Below, piece by piece: positions 12,453 through 24,189 of a DNA stretch of 64,000 bases. Every line of letters starts with the position of its first letter. The first letter of the stretch is position 1. Under the pieces are notes generated by a model, which saw only the letters and a program-made list of their open reading frames with translations, did not search any database and was not told the DNA's origin. The translations under genes were made by a program, and so were the position numbers. Origin of the DNA: Eremomyces bilateralis CBS 781.70 (taxonomy: Eukaryota); the NCBI GenBank assembly GCA_010015585.1, contig ML975174.1. One strand, written 5' to 3'.

Positions 12453-15400
12453 TCACCGTCCCCCATACCGCTCTCTCATCCGCCTCTCCGCCTCCTCCAC
12501 ACTCCCACTCCCCAACCTCCTCCCCCTCTCCTCCACCCTCTCCCTCTCCCTCCTCTCCCACCCCTCCCGCCCCATCTGCCCGCCCTGCACATACCCAAAC
12601 CCCCGTCCCTCCCTCTCCCTCGCCCGCTCACCCATCACCACGTCCTCCTCCCGCGTCAGTGAAATGCGCTTGATCTCGCTCGAGATGCCGGGCGTGTTGG
12701 ACCGCGTGGTGGCGGCGGGGTATGGCGGGCGCGCATGGAACTCGCGGTCGCGGTCGGAGTCGACGTCGCGTTGGTAGGAGGCGAGGGCTTCGCGCTCGCG
12801 CTGCTGTTGGATGGTGAGGGGTTGGCGGGGGTCGTCGTAGGGGTAGGCGTGGGGAGGGGGTTGTGTGTCGTAGCGGGGTGGGTGGTGTGGGCTGGTTGCG
12901 CGGCGGGGTGGGTCGGTAGGTCGAGAGAGTTGGGGATCGAAGGGGGCGGGGGGGCGGGGGTCGTATTGGCGCGGGTGTTGAGATTCGTAGGGACGGGTGG
13001 AGGTGGGCTGGGGTCGAGATGATGGGCCTTCGTAGGCGTGGTCGTATGGTCGGCTTGGTTGCTCGTAGCCGCGCGACGAGGTCTCGTATGTCCGGGATTG
13101 CGGATCGTACCCATAGCTTGGCACTCGCTCGACGGCATATTGCACTCGCTCGCTCGGCGTGCCACTGGGTAGTGGCGCAGACGGAGGGGGTGCGGATTGG
13201 CTCGTCGGTGGCGCTAACGTGGCGTAGGGATTCGGATTTGGCGGGAGGTTTCGCGCCGCGCCAGTCGGCGGGGTGTAATGCAGTGGCTGCGCCGGAGGCG
13301 TATAATTGTGTCCCGGAACCGGGGGCGTATAGTTACGGCCAGGAGGAATCGGACCCTGCGGTGTTGGGGTATGGATCGATTGTGTTGGCGTATGTCCTGC
13401 CGAGTGAGTTCCATGATGTGGATGAGCAATGCCAATGGCGCTTCCACTGCGGGAGTGCGCGCTGTACATCGCATTCGGAGGCGGGCTAGGATTATGTCGC
13501 GGCGTGTTCAGCTGCCCAAATGCCATTGCCCGATGGCTGCTATATGGCTGGCCCGCCGAAGCAGTTTGAGTCGGATGCGGTTGTCCCTGAGGCGGATGCG
13601 GCTGCTGCATTGCTGTCGGCGTCTGCGGTTGCGATCCAGGCCCATGGTGCGCCCCTGTTGGTGTCTGCGAGTACTGTCGTCCAGACCAACTGTCACGATG
13701 ATGTGGCGGCCCGATCGCCTCTCGAGGCGCAGGCACCGGCTCACGAGCCATGCCGAGTGGATCGCGCATCGTCGAGGTCAACTCACGCCCGGAATCTCTT
13801 TCGTACGGCGGCTGTCCTCGCGGATCGGGATATGACGGGCGAGAGTACGCGCGTGAAGAAATCGACGAATCCGACGCCTGCCGCTGCGTGACCGACGGCG
13901 CCGGCATCGACGGTGCCGGATTCGGCGTCAGCGGACCCGCGTGCGACCCATAAGGCGGACCGTGTCCCTGCGATGTCGTGCGCTGCAGCTCTTTCGGGGG
14001 CTCCTCCTTCTTCCTCGGGGGCACGTCGTCCGTATCGGCGTTCATGATATCCATCAGGTTCAGCTTCCGCACCGGCTCTTTCGGCGCCGAGGGCTTCGGT
14101 GGCTGCGGCGCCGGCGCATGGACTTGGGAAGGCGGTGGCGGCACCGCGGCGCGATCGTCGACAATATTGCGAAGACTTGACGGATGTTGCGGCGCGGACG
14201 GCATGCCCACCGGCTGCATCTGCATCGGCTGCTGCCGCTGCGACGGTCGCTCATCCACAATATGATCCACCGGCTTCCGATCCCCCGCATACATATCCTG
14301 CCTCGGCGGATACTCCTCCCTCCGCTCACTTAGCGCCGCCGGCGCGGGAAAGTACCCCAACGGCGGCCCCTGCAAATGTCTTGGCCGGTGATAATCCCTC
14401 GACGACGGCCTTGAGGGCTGCGCAGCATGAACCGATCCAGGTGATGCCGTGCGCCCAAGTGGAACCCCACCCGACCCCGCCCGCGAATGCATCACGCCCG
14501 GGTGCGCATGTGGATGCCCGTGCATGTGCGCGTGCGACGGCGCCTTCTCCACGTCGACCACCTCCAGATTCGGCGCCAGCGTCCGCTGCACAACCACGTT
14601 CTCCGCCGGCGGCGCCTGCGTCCCGGGCAACCCCAACGCTCCCGCAGGTGGCATATTCGGCGCGGTCACGGTCGCCGCTCTTCTCCTTCCCGCCGGCCCT
14701 GACTTCGCGCCAGGTGCTGGCCCTGGCTTGGGCGGCGGCGGGACGTATTGACTGGGCGGCGCGGGGCCGGGCATGTCGCCGAGCTTCTTCCGGTCGTCGA
14801 CGCGGCGGACCTGCTCGACGAGGTCGAGATCACTGCCGGCCTCGACGAGCTTGCCGTAGTGGTTCTTGACCATGACGGCGGACTTGGAGTGGTTCATGGA
14901 TTGCGCGATGGAGGTGAAGTCCGTGCCGTAGTGGCGGAGGAGACGCTTGAATTCCTGCTGCTCGGGGACGGACCAATAGGAAGAGGGACCGGTGCGTGCT
15001 TGGGTGCGCGGGGGTGCGGTGCCGGGGGGTTGAACTCGGGAGCCGGGAGGGGGTGGCTGACCTGTACGCGGGGAATGGGAGAGTTGAGCCGGGAGGACGT
15101 TCGGGGAGGTGGCTATTCCCGAAGGCGCCGCGGTGTTAGGACCGAGGTGCGCCTGCAACAGCGGCTGCTGTCCAGACATGGTCGACGCGGCCTGCTGCTG
15201 CATATTCATCTGGCGCGCGAGCGGACTCATCTCCACCTGCGCATTCCCAGGCATGCCGCCATGCACCGGCACCATCAGCCGCCCGAGCCCATCCACATCC
15301 GTCACCGTCCCTGGCCACAAATGCCCTCCACCCTGGTTCCCCGGCCGCTGCATCTGCGGATCCAGTGGCTGCAGTGGCCCCTCCGGCGCATTCGACACCT

Positions 15401-18400
15401 TCCTCCCCCGTCCCGGCGCCGCGACGACCGCATCAACCTTGTCTGGACTAACCCCCTTCGCCGCCGCCCTCCCCCTCTTCTTCGGCTCCCTTGCTGCCTT
15501 CCTCCCCCGCTTCTCCTCCGCCTTCTTCGGCGTGCCCGCCCGCTCCTCTATGATGCCATCCAACGTCGTCGGCGCCCCGGGCACCTCTCCGAACTTCGGC
15601 GCCGCCGCCCGTCGCGGCCGGCCGGAGTCCGTGACCGCGAACTCGTCGCCCGAGTAAACGTCCGGCTTGACCCCGAGGTCTGCCATGAGCGCATTCGTCT
15701 TGCCGCGACGCACGCCGGAGCCGGACGAGGCGGCAGCGGCACGACCGCGGCCGCGTCCCCCGCCTTTGCGGCCGCGCGCCCAGCGCGGTTTGAACTCCTT
15801 GTCCCATTTGGTGGCGTAGTAATGGAAGATGGCGTCCTTGTAGGTGCGGCTGGGCAGGTGCACGGCGAGCTTGCCCCATTTCTTGGGGAAGTCTTTGAAT
15901 TGTGAGACGAGGATCTTGTGTTCCTCCTCGGTGAACGTGTCGACCGGCGGATCGAAATCGAACGCCCACAGCGCATCTTCGGGGAGCGTGAGTTGCGCGG
16001 TGTCGTGATACACTCGGATCGACACGTCCGACGGTCGAGAAAGCAGGGGAATATCCGCTTCCGTCTCAGAGTTCGCGCGCGACTTAGCCTCTTGCTTCTG
16101 TCGTTCCAACGCCTCCTTGCGCGCAAGCTCTTCCGACTCCTTGATCGCACGCTCCATGTCGTATTCTGAAGCGAACTTGTACTCTCTCCTGCGGCTCGAC
16201 GGCTGTGGCGTCGGAGGCGCCGTAGCCTCTGCCGTTGCTGGCGCAGCGCCCGCACCCGTGTCGGCAGCCGGAGACGCCGAATCGGCCGCGCCAGCCGACG
16301 CTGCTGCATCATTTGCCGCTTCGCGCGCCAACCGTTCTTTCTCCGCCTCGATCTCCTGCTCCAGGTCGCGCAAGTTATTTCGCCAGCCGGCATGGACGAA
16401 TTTGTACTCGTCCTCCCGCTCCTCATCGCCGCTGTGGTCGCTGAAATGCATCTGCGCCAGGTGCTCCGAAACGGTCTGCGCCAAGTCCTCATCGTATTTC
16501 CCATCCACGACCTCGAGATCGGAAAGTGGTGTGGGCGGCCCTTTGGCGAGATACGGGAGCAGCTGCAAGTCGGGTGTGGCAACGCGCTCGGGAGATAACC
16601 ACCGTTCTTCGTCTTTCTCCTCGACCATCTCCACATCCCCATCCATCCCATCCGCCTCGCCTTCGCCGGCCGCAGGGGTCAGCATCTGCTCGCCCACAAC
16701 CACTTCGCCCTCCGACTTCAACCGCTCCTGCGCCTCCAATTTCGCGGCGGCGGCGTTGCGCGACGCGATGTTCTTGGCGCCCCGCACCGTCTTCAGCACG
16801 TCCGCCGGCTCGTTCTCCGCCAGCGCCTGCAAGATCACCAGGTTCTCCAGCGGCGTGGTCGCGCGATATTTGCGGTCGCTAAGGTCCACCACCATACTCT
16901 CAAGGCGGGCTTTCTCGCGTTGGAACCGTTGCTCCGTCTCGGCGAAGTCTTCCTCTTCGCCGAACATGTCCTCGTCTTCGTCGTCGCTGAGCGCCGCATC
17001 GATGGAAGGGCCGGCCAGTCGGGACGAAGGTGCTTCGTCGGTGTCGGTACCAAGTTTGGCGGAGAGAGCAGAGACGGCAGGTTCAACGGGAGTAGAGGTA
17101 CCATTTGGCGCTTGCACTAGATTTTGATCACCAGACGGATGATCAAGTTCCATCGGATCCGGAACCGCACCACGAACCGCAAGTCTGCGAGTGGTAAGGC
17201 CAGCCAAGTCCGTTCTGCTCGGTTCAGACCTAACCGGTTCCTCATTCTCCGTCAATCGCGGCCGAGAAGTAGGCCGCATAATAGCATCTTCCCGATCCCT
17301 TTCTTCCTTGATCGCCGGCTTAACCTCCTGCGATCCCGGGATTCGCAACCGATCTTTCTCTTCTCCCTCCGCGTCACGCTTGGCGGGAACGAGAGCGCCG
17401 CGTCCATAGGGTCCATCCTGCGCGGCACCTCTCGGTCCCAGTGGATAGGTCAGCGGTTTTCTTCCCGGGGCACCGATTCCCATGCCTCTTCCCATACCAG
17501 CGGGTCCGGTAGGCGCGTTCAATCCGACGCCGAATCCCCTTCCGGCAGGTGCACGATCCGCACGCGGGCCGCGAGGGATGTCGAGGCCGGAAAGGTTTAA
17601 GGATGCGCTGGACGTCTTGGGTGAGGCACGCGGGCCTTGAGGGATCTGGTTGGGTGCGAAGTATGAAGTCGGGAGTGAAGGACGGGGAGAGAGGGAGCGG
17701 CGTGATGGCTGCGGATAGCTCAGCTGTCGGCTGAGATTTGGTGATGGTGCGCGACGGGATATGGTTGAGGAGACGGTTGGTTGCGATGGCCCTATGGGAG
17801 GCGCTCGAATACTGGGTACAGATGGGATATCTCCTTTCCGCGCGGAATCCGAGGGATCTGGCCGTCCACTATCGCTAAGGCTGCTTGACAGCGGTTTCGG
17901 CGGGCTAAAGCTTGTCGAAGGAGCCATCGAAGATCCTGATGACGATGAAGGTCGAGGTGCCGTGGGCGCTTTCAATTCCAGCTTTGCGTCCCGTACGTCC
18001 CTGGAATCCAATGCGTTCGCTGTTCGCATAGCTTTCGGTCCACTGGGCGGAACAACAGCAAGCCGTGGCTCAGCAGGTTTCGCTGTCGGTCCCGTTCCGG
18101 CGGAGCCAACCGCAGCAGCGACTTGAGCCTTTGGTCCGGTAGGTGGAGCTCTTGCAGGGCCAGTTGGAACCGTAGCCTGCGGCGGGATCGACTTTTCCGC
18201 AGCTTGTTCTTGAGGGGTTTGTAGAATCTGCCCTTCTTCCTGTTCGTCCTTTTGGGCATCTGCTCGCGCTATCGCTTGTTGCTTCGCGCCAGTCGCGGTC
18301 CACGTCAAACTGCTCGGCGCTCTCGATATGACGCCGCCCGTCAAAGGTAACGACCCAAATGCCGGTACTTGTGGAATCGCCGGTGGAGGAGACGCTGCCC

Positions 18401-19469
18401 GTGCCCGTAAGGCGAGCAGGTCCGGCTTGTTCTCGTTGCTCTCTCGTCTTGACGGGCCATGCGCGTCCGTCGCATAGGATTGCCGTCGCAACAGATCCGG
18501 TCTGCCGGTATCGCGATCGGCCGCTGGGTCAGGAAGTGGTGTAGAATGTCCGCTCCCTTGACGAGAATCTAGGCGGCTGAATCGATCTCGCTCGCCCAGG
18601 CCATCTCGGAATCGGTCGTCGCGAAAATTCGGTCGCTCGTCGCGCTCAAACGGGCGCCGGTCGTCCCGACGGTCAAAATCGCGGTCTCGATCTCGGTCTC
18701 GGAAATCGCGTTGAGCCGGGATGAGGTCTCGATCTCGCTCGCGGTCTCTCTCGCGGTCGCGTTCTCGGTCTCGTTCTCGATCACGATCACCCCAACGTTG
18801 GCGTGATCGACTGCGTGGGCGGAAAAGGTCACGGTCTCGGGTCTCTCGATCCCTGTCTCTTTCTCGATCATCGAAACGGCCTCTGCCGCGATATTCGTCG
18901 TATCCGCCACGTCCACGGCCTCTACCGAAACCTCCACCACGGCTGTAACCAGCGCCGCCGCTCCATGTTGACTCCGAGGCCGATCCTGTAGAGAGGGGGC
19001 CGTCTCGTGAGTCTCGACGTTGTCGCAATGGGCCATCGTCACGTGCCGGCGCGTCTCTCGCGTCGCGTATGTCGGGATGAGATCGTACAATGGGTGAACG
19101 TGGTCGTGGCGACGCCCGGCGATCGGCATCCGCGTCGCGCTCTCGCCACGTCCGTAACGGACCATCGGAATACGATGGCCCGTCTCTCGAGTCGCGATAA
19201 TCGCCGCGGCCACCAAATCCGCGCCCTCTTGGTCCCGCAGGTATGCTCGATGTGGACAGATTGGAGTCGACGCGATCCGCTTTTGGGCCGCGTGGGATCT
19301 CGGAATTGAACGCTATGGAACTTCGTCGATCGATGCGGTCCATGAAGCGGCCAGGTGGGGAGCGATCGCGTCGAGGAGATCGCTCCCGCTCCCGATCTCG
19401 ATCACGGTCTCGCGGTTGCCATCTTGTGTCGCGTCCGTCTCGGTCGCGCTCGGGGAACCGAGACGCCAT
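12453..19469 (-). CDS. SNT1: Large SANT/Myb-domain N-CoR-like protein (Set3 HDAC complex subunit Snt1 type), 2338 aa, single ORF
   Basis: Two SANT domains (FTEEEHKILVSQFKDFPKKWGKLAVHLPSRTYKDAIFHYYATK; SSYWSVPEQQEFKRLLRHYGTDFTSIA..KSAVMVKNHY); RD/RS-rich N-terminus with PxGP[KR] repeats; Pro-rich tail. Confidence 0.85.
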   Translation of the reverse strand: MASRFPERDRDGRDTRWQPRDRDRDRERERSPRRDRSPPGRFMDRIDRRSSIAFNSEIPRGPKADRVDSNLSTSSIPAGPRGRGFGGRGDYRDSRDGPSYSDGPLRTWRERDADADRRASPRPRSPIVRSHPDIRDARDAPARDDGPLRQRRDSRDGPLSTGSASESTWSGGAGYSRGGGFGRGRGRGGYDEYRGRGRFDDRERDRDRETRDRDLFRPRSRSRQRWGDRDRERDRERDRERDRERDRDLIPAQRDFRDRDRDRDFDRRDDRRPFERDERPNFRDDRFRDGLGERDRFSRLDSRQGSGHSTPLPDPAADRDTGRPDLLRRQSYATDAHGPSRRESNENKPDLLALRARAASPPPAIPQVPAFGSLPLTGGVISRAPSSLTWTATGAKQQAIARADAQKDEQEEGQILQTPQEQAAEKSIPPQATVPTGPARAPPTGPKAQVAAAVGSAGTGPTAKPAEPRLAVVPPSGPKAMRTANALDSRDVRDAKLELKAPTAPRPSSSSGSSMAPSTSFSPPKPLSSSLSDSGRPDPSDSARKGDIPSVPSIRAPPIGPSQPTVSSTISRRAPSPNLSRQLSYPQPSRRSLSPRPSLPTSYFAPNQIPQGPRASPKTSSASLNLSGLDIPRGPRADRAPAGRGFGVGLNAPTGPAGMGRGMGIGAPGRKPLTYPLGPRGAAQDGPYGRGALVPAKRDAEGEEKDRLRIPGSQEVKPAIKEERDREDAIMRPTSRPRLTENEEPVRSEPSRTDLAGLTTRRLAVRGAVPDPMELDHPSGDQNLVQAPNGTSTPVEPAVSALSAKLGTDTDEAPSSRLAGPSIDAALSDDEDEDMFGEEEDFAETEQRFQREKARLESMVVDLSDRKYRATTPLENLVILQALAENEPADVLKTVRGAKNIASRNAAAAKLEAQERLKSEGEVVVGEQMLTPAAGEGEADGMDGDVEMVEEKDEERWLSPERVATPDLQLLPYLAKGPPTPLSDLEVVDGKYDEDLAQTVSEHLAQMHFSDHSGDEEREDEYKFVHAGWRNNLRDLEQEIEAEKERLAREAANDAAASAGAADSASPAADTGAGAAPATAEATAPPTPQPSSRRREYKFASEYDMERAIKESEELARKEALERQKQEAKSRANSETEADIPLLSRPSDVSIRVYHDTAQLTLPEDALWAFDFDPPVDTFTEEEHKILVSQFKDFPKKWGKLAVHLPSRTYKDAIFHYYATKWDKEFKPRWARGRKGGGRGRGRAAAASSGSGVRRGKTNALMADLGVKPDVYSGDEFAVTDSGRPRRAAAPKFGEVPGAPTTLDGIIEERAGTPKKAEEKRGRKAAREPKKRGRAAAKGVSPDKVDAVVAAPGRGRKVSNAPEGPLQPLDPQMQRPGNQGGGHLWPGTVTDVDGLGRLMVPVHGGMPGNAQVEMSPLARQMNMQQQAASTMSGQQPLLQAHLGPNTAAPSGIATSPNVLPAQLSHSPRTGQPPPPGSRVQPPGTAPPRTQARTGPSSYWSVPEQQEFKRLLRHYGTDFTSIAQSMNHSKSAVMVKNHYGKLVEAGSDLDLVEQVRRVDDRKKLGDMPGPAPPSQYVPPPPKPGPAPGAKSGPAGRRRAATVTAPNMPPAGALGLPGTQAPPAENVVVQRTLAPNLEVVDVEKAPSHAHMHGHPHAHPGVMHSRAGSGGVPLGRTASPGSVHAAQPSRPSSRDYHRPRHLQGPPLGYFPAPAALSERREEYPPRQDMYAGDRKPVDHIVDERPSQRQQPMQMQPVGMPSAPQHPSSLRNIVDDRAAVPPPPSQVHAPAPQPPKPSAPKEPVRKLNLMDIMNADTDDVPPRKKEEPPKELQRTTSQGHGPPYGSHAGPLTPNPAPSMPAPSVTQRQASDSSISSRAYSRPSYPDPRGQPPYERDSGRELTSTMRDPLGMAREPVPAPREAIGPPHHRDSWSGRQYSQTPTGAHHGPGSQPQTPTAMQQPHPPQGQPHPTQTASAGQPYSSHRAMAFGQLNTPRHNPSPPPNAMYSAHSRSGSAIGIAHPHHGTHSAGHTPTQSIHTPTPQGPIPPGRNYTPPVPGHNYTPPAQPLHYTPPTGAARNLPPNPNPYATLAPPTSQSAPPPSAPLPSGTPSERVQYAVERVPSYGYDPQSRTYETSSRGYEQPSRPYDHAYEGPSSRPQPTSTRPYESQHPRQYDPRPPAPFDPQLSRPTDPPRRATSPHHPPRYDTQPPPHAYPYDDPRQPLTIQQQREREALASYQRDVDSDRDREFHARPPYPAATTRSNTPGISSEIKRISLTREEDVVMGERAREREGRGFGYVQGGQMGREGWERRERERVEERGRRLGSGSVEEAERRMRERYGGR

Positions 19470-22064
19470 TCCTCCGCTCCCGTACCCTCCTACCGATGTT
19501 CGCGTGGTTCGAACTCAAGATGTACGTCTGCGCGATGTGGCATCGATGGAGTGGAGGATACCCGGTCGAATGATGGCCTGAGTGACACGGAAATAGTTGG
19601 AATGCCGCGTTTCGGTCACGACTGGAAGGAATCGCCGTCAGCAATGGGTTTGGCCAAAGTGGCATGAACCGTCAAACCAACTACAAACAACCCCCGAGCA
19701 ATCGAATCTCCAACCACGAAATGTTAGGATCGCCTGCGGTGGGGTATAGTGTAGAGTATGGGGTATCGTGGGTGTAAACGGTATGGAAGTGGAAGTTGAT
19801 GGATCACATTACACCCTACACATACCAAAGTTCCCAACTCCAGACGTCGTTCCAGCCGAACTGCAGAAGGTTTCAAGTTGGACGTGCCAAAAGCTTGGCG
19901 CTGGATACTATTCCTATTTGGGACTAGCGCAATCTGGCGGACCCAGAAATCGTTCGCCCGTGTTTCGGCAGCCTCGACAGTGGAGGAAGCCCCAACTGGT
20001 CGCGGTTACCCTGTGCGGCTGAGCCCTTTTTTGGGCTTCCGTGTCGGTTGACGAGGCGGTGCAACGGCTGCCGCTGTGCCACTTGAACAGACCTAGAGGT
20101 CTGTCGCGTGTCGATGTGTCAATAGACGTTCCAATTCCGTATCAGTGACGGATGAAAGGTAGTAGATGATAAATCACTTGGAGAAGAAGTCAGCGAATCA
20201 AACCGTGGATGGGGGAGATGAGTGCCGTTCGGCATGGGAGAGATCGGCCTTGGCCTGCAAAATGTGGACGACCGCCACACGATGCGCTTGGGGTCGTCTG
20301 GTCCTCTCGCCATCCCCGATCATCGCGAAAGGTGGAATTTGCAGAGACTGGGCATATTGAAAAGATTCGAGGTGATCAAGATCGGGTGGATGAAGGGATA
20401 GAAAATACGGACCTGGAGGAAGGAGATGAATGCACCTATACGATGCAATGATGATGAGCAGCAACGGCCTGAGAGGATGTTGCCAGTACGAGGAGCCGGT
20501 TTAATGGCTGAAATGTATGTCTCATATGGTTGCCTCCAGTCTCAAGGAGATGGTCAAACGGTCTCTAAACCCCAAGAATGCTTTTGTGGTGGTGGTAAGT
20601 AGAAGGAGAATAACAACCCCAGAGTTAGGGGTCAGCGTTCACGATGTTTCACTCAGGCGGAGATGAGGAAGTGAAGAAAGTTGGAGATGGATGGATGGAA
20701 CGTCGTGGATCGGTGCCCAGTGGATCGGACAGGACGGGCTCAGGGCTGGGTACAGTACCAAAGGCCCTGCCAAAGTTGCAATTGTGCATGTCTGGTGTCT
20801 AGCGTGGATTAATGTGGATGGTCCTGTCAGAAGGGATGGGATCACGGACTGCAGGGTGCACTCAACCACGAGTCTACTGTGCATACTATGTAGTAGACTG
20901 GACGGATCGCGGGCCAGGCAATGAGGCTGCCACTCTAGTCTCTGATTATCTCTTGCTAGCGTCCTTTGACAATTGACTGCAGGACGGCTTTTAATTCGAC
21001 ACGGAGCATTTCCTAGCGTGTGGTTCCATGGACATTCATTTGCAGATGCAGCAAGCTGCGAGAATATCAACAACAGCCAGCACCAGTCGCCAATTCGTTG
21101 ATGCCACTTGACAACGCGTCCGAACTCCTAGATTGGTGTGACATGCAGGCGGCACGGAAGCCAGTGCTGGTACTAGTTAGCGTTAGATTGTAGGTAGCCT
21201 GCAGAGTGCGGGCTGCGTGACAGATCAATGTATCTCACCCTTCGTGGGGAAGAAATTGAGGGCCCGTACCACACAGAAATCTAAATTTTGAATCGAGCTG
21301 CAACGACGCACCCTTACATTAAAAGGCGGATTTAAAAGGTCAAATTATATTTTTAGAGCTAGATCTACCTACCGTCAGAGTCTGAACTATATTATCCATT
21401 TGGATGGTTATGATTTTTCGGGAACAAAACGTTGTATGGACCATAAATTTCTTCCCTTACGGAGGCACCTAAATTACTACCTTGGTGCCTGAGCGCCTGA
21501 CTAGTGACTCAGACTGTCTGGACGCCTCTGGTAGATGGCTGCTTCAATCCCACCACCATTTCACCTCCTGTCCTCTATCTTCTAAACTGAGAATTTTTGG
21601 TGAGAGGATGACCCTGTTGGCTTGGAACAATTCATCATTGTAGGGGAGCCCGAATCTGATGGTGCGGGGGAGGTCGAGGCACGGAGGCAGGGTCGTCTAG
21701 AGTGCAGCGGGTTGATTCCACCCGTTGATTGGATACTGGTCAATATTACGTGGAAATTTCCATGCACAGTGCAGGAATAAGAAGGATGAGATATATCGCA
21801 AATCTCCTCCATGCTAGATCACGAAACAGGAGGAATATTACTTCCATCAAGAATTCAAGATAAAGCATTGGGCTACTATAGAGCTTGTAGTTGGGATATT
21901 GGTTTCGGTCGGGTTTCATCGTGAACGTGCCCCGCTCCCGAATTCCATCCACCATCCAGATTGGTGACGTAGCCGTTCGAAAAAACACCAAATATCGCTT
22001 GTATATCCCCCAGAAAATCAATTCCTTCCAGTCAAATACCCCAATGACCCAGCAGTAAGTCCCC

Positions 22065-22589
22065 TCATATAATCCCCCACGCCTCGAAATCCTTCAACTT
22101 CTCCTGCACCGCGACGTTCCCCCCCTCGCACATCCCCCCCGCCCACTTCACGACCATTAGAAACAGCTCCTTCGCCGGTGTATCAAACTCATCGAATCCC
22201 CCCTTCTTCACCGCCAGCAGCCCCGCTGCCGAAATGAACGATACTACCTGACACTTCGCCCGCATCTCATTCGTCATATAATTCATCATTTTCCGCCGAT
22301 CGTCCGCAGTGGGCGGGCCCGCCGGCTTCGGGACCGCGACCCCATGAAACACGTGCGCGTGCAGCCCGAGGAGTTTGAGGCGGGTGGCGAGGACGCAGAG
22401 CCATTCTTCGAAGTTTGCGGGCGTGCAGGTGGTGAGCTTGGGGACTTCGGGGAGGAGGGCGTCCTGCCGCTTGACGGCGAGGATGAGCTCGTCGCGGGAG
22501 GCGTCCATGGTGATGTGGCCATTGGGGTCGATGTTGGGGGAGGAGACGGAGTGGGTCCGCTCTTTGGACATACTGCGGAGGTTTTGCAT
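22065..22589 (-). CDS. 174-aa protein resembling the Ty1/Copia Gag N-terminus (DUF4219/UBN2-like); putative 5'-UTR intron 22591-22639
   Basis: VPKL..NFEEW...L.TRLKLLGL..HV.G..VP..P...A...V.SFIS...A.ELF pattern; GTAAGC..CTAAC..CAG intron ends 1 nt before the ATG; no pol or LTR nearby. Confidence 0.6.
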   Translation of the reverse strand: MQNLRSMSKERTHSVSSPNIDPNGHITMDASRDELILAVKRQDALLPEVPKLTTCTPANFEEWLCVLATRLKLLGLHAHVFHGVAVPKPAGPPTADDRRKMMNYMTNEMRAKCQVVSFISAAGLLAVKKGGFDEFDTPAKELFLMVVKWAGGMCEGGNVAVQEKLKDFEAWGII

Positions 22590-23652
22590 GCTGGGGGGAG
22601 TTAGAGCAGAGATGGTGGAGGGGGTAGGGAGGGGCTTACTTGGGCGTGGGTGAGGTTCGGATGGTTGAATGAAGCGTGAGGGTTGCTAGATATCGTGTAG
22701 ATCGTAGGAGCGTAGCGTATATCGGAGTAGTCTCAGTGGACGGCGAGGGGATATGAGAATTGAGGATGAGGAGAAACCAACCTGCAGGCAGTCGAACCGA
22801 ACAGACGAGTTTCAAGTTTTCCCCGCAAATGGGTGGTGTTCAGCTTCCCACCCAGGGACGCATGATGCAATTCGCCTCCTTGCATTGGTGTCACCCATGT
22901 AGCTGGGAATCGGATGCGGTGGTGTGGTTGCATTTATGGGGAGGTGCATGGGACGTATCGGACTGGTGTACCAACCGTGGTGATGGGTCGAGGAGATCGT
23001 CGGGAATATCTCCCGCTCAACGAATCGGAGTGGGAATATAAAATAGGGGTGTCAGGCTACGATCTCTAACACTTGGGCGTGATTTTTCTCTCATATAGGC
23101 GGAACGTTTGCTGTGTGCATTGCAATGGTAAAAGTCGTGCTAAGGTATAATACCGCCCTGGTGTCGCTTATCCATCATGTTTCAGTAAGCAAATTCCATT
23201 GGATGATCCCCTCTCTCCCACTGACTTTGAAGTTTGAACCTCGACATTCACCCTAACCAGTCCTCAGATTCCGGTCTCCGTACCAACGGCTACAGCCACT
23301 GCGATGATGTGCTAGGGGCTAATCCCAGCGGCGGTCAGTGCCATACTGTGGTGATGAGCCAGTACCGGTTTGCCTCTCACTCTCCTCTCCGTCCGACCGA
23401 AGTCACTTCTCCGCATTATCCAACGCGTCGTCTTTTTTAGCGCGGTTTAGAGCGCAGTCCTGCCCGGTCGGTGATCGAACGTTGACATCTAAATGCGATT
23501 GGTGATGGACAACTTCTTAACACTTTAACCGAAAACGCCGAGTCGTCCAAGGCCGAAAGGAAGTATTTATTGTATCTTGATCGATCGATCTTTTCCAGGC
23601 ACACAAGCATATCAAGTTTAGCTTCCATGTCGAAGTTGACTAGGTCGAATAC

Positions 23653-24189
23653 CTAAAGCCTATTCTTGATCGTTCGCGGGGAATTGTACACCGTCCCGTC
23701 CATCATGGCCACAGTGGACTCTGTTTCGCCTTCTCGCTCAATAATCTGATGGGTTTTGAGATCCCCGTATAGTTCCATCAGATTATACTCATGCGTCCTG
23801 CGAAGCCACCTCCTGATCAATGTGAATATATCATGGGCGGTTTGGCTATCATCCCAGCCCGTCCGCTTGACCCAGAGGTAGCCGTCCATGGAGATAGAAA
23901 TGGCCAGTTCGCACTTCGTATCGTTCTCGGCGACCATCCAATCACATTGCTCCTTGTACTGTGCTTCAGACCACGTTTCGCCTATGAGTTGCGGCTTCGG
24001 GGCAACAGACACAGCCTGTTGGTAGAGTCCGAGCAGTTTGAGGCGGACAGAAAGAGCGTGGAACTATTCTTTGTAGCCACTTTGATGGCGGAGAGTTGGA
24101 ACCATGGGGAGGTTCCGTGGTTTGCGCTCTCGGAGGGCCGCATCGATATCACCGCTGGGAATGGTGGAAGTAGTCCCGTGGGTGGACAT
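23653..24189 (-). pseudogene. Paralogue of the 22065-22589 gene with a single in-frame TAG (24064-24066); pseudogene or recoded gene; putative 5'-UTR intron 24273-24325
   Basis: ORFs 24064-24321 and 23653-24012 are in the same frame: LPMVPTLRHQSGYKE*FHALSVRLKLLGLYQQAVSVAPKP aligns to LPEVPKLTTCTPANFEEWLCVLATRLKLLGLHAHV..VPKP. Confidence 0.65.

Noticed and set aside
18560..19469. GATCGA/CGAGAC-rich repeats suggesting an array
   Set aside because: These encode the RD/RE/RS low-complexity N-terminus of Snt1; no repeat-spacer structure and the context is eukaryotic.
19500..21500. Short ORFs in the long region upstream of Snt1
   Set aside because: No codon bias, motifs or splice-supported models; treated as promoter/intergenic.
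23248..23260. CCCTAACC as telomerase RNA template or telomeric seed (similar hits near 49262 and 61036)
   Set aside because: Single short matches expected by chance, with no tandem telomeric repeats or supporting structure.
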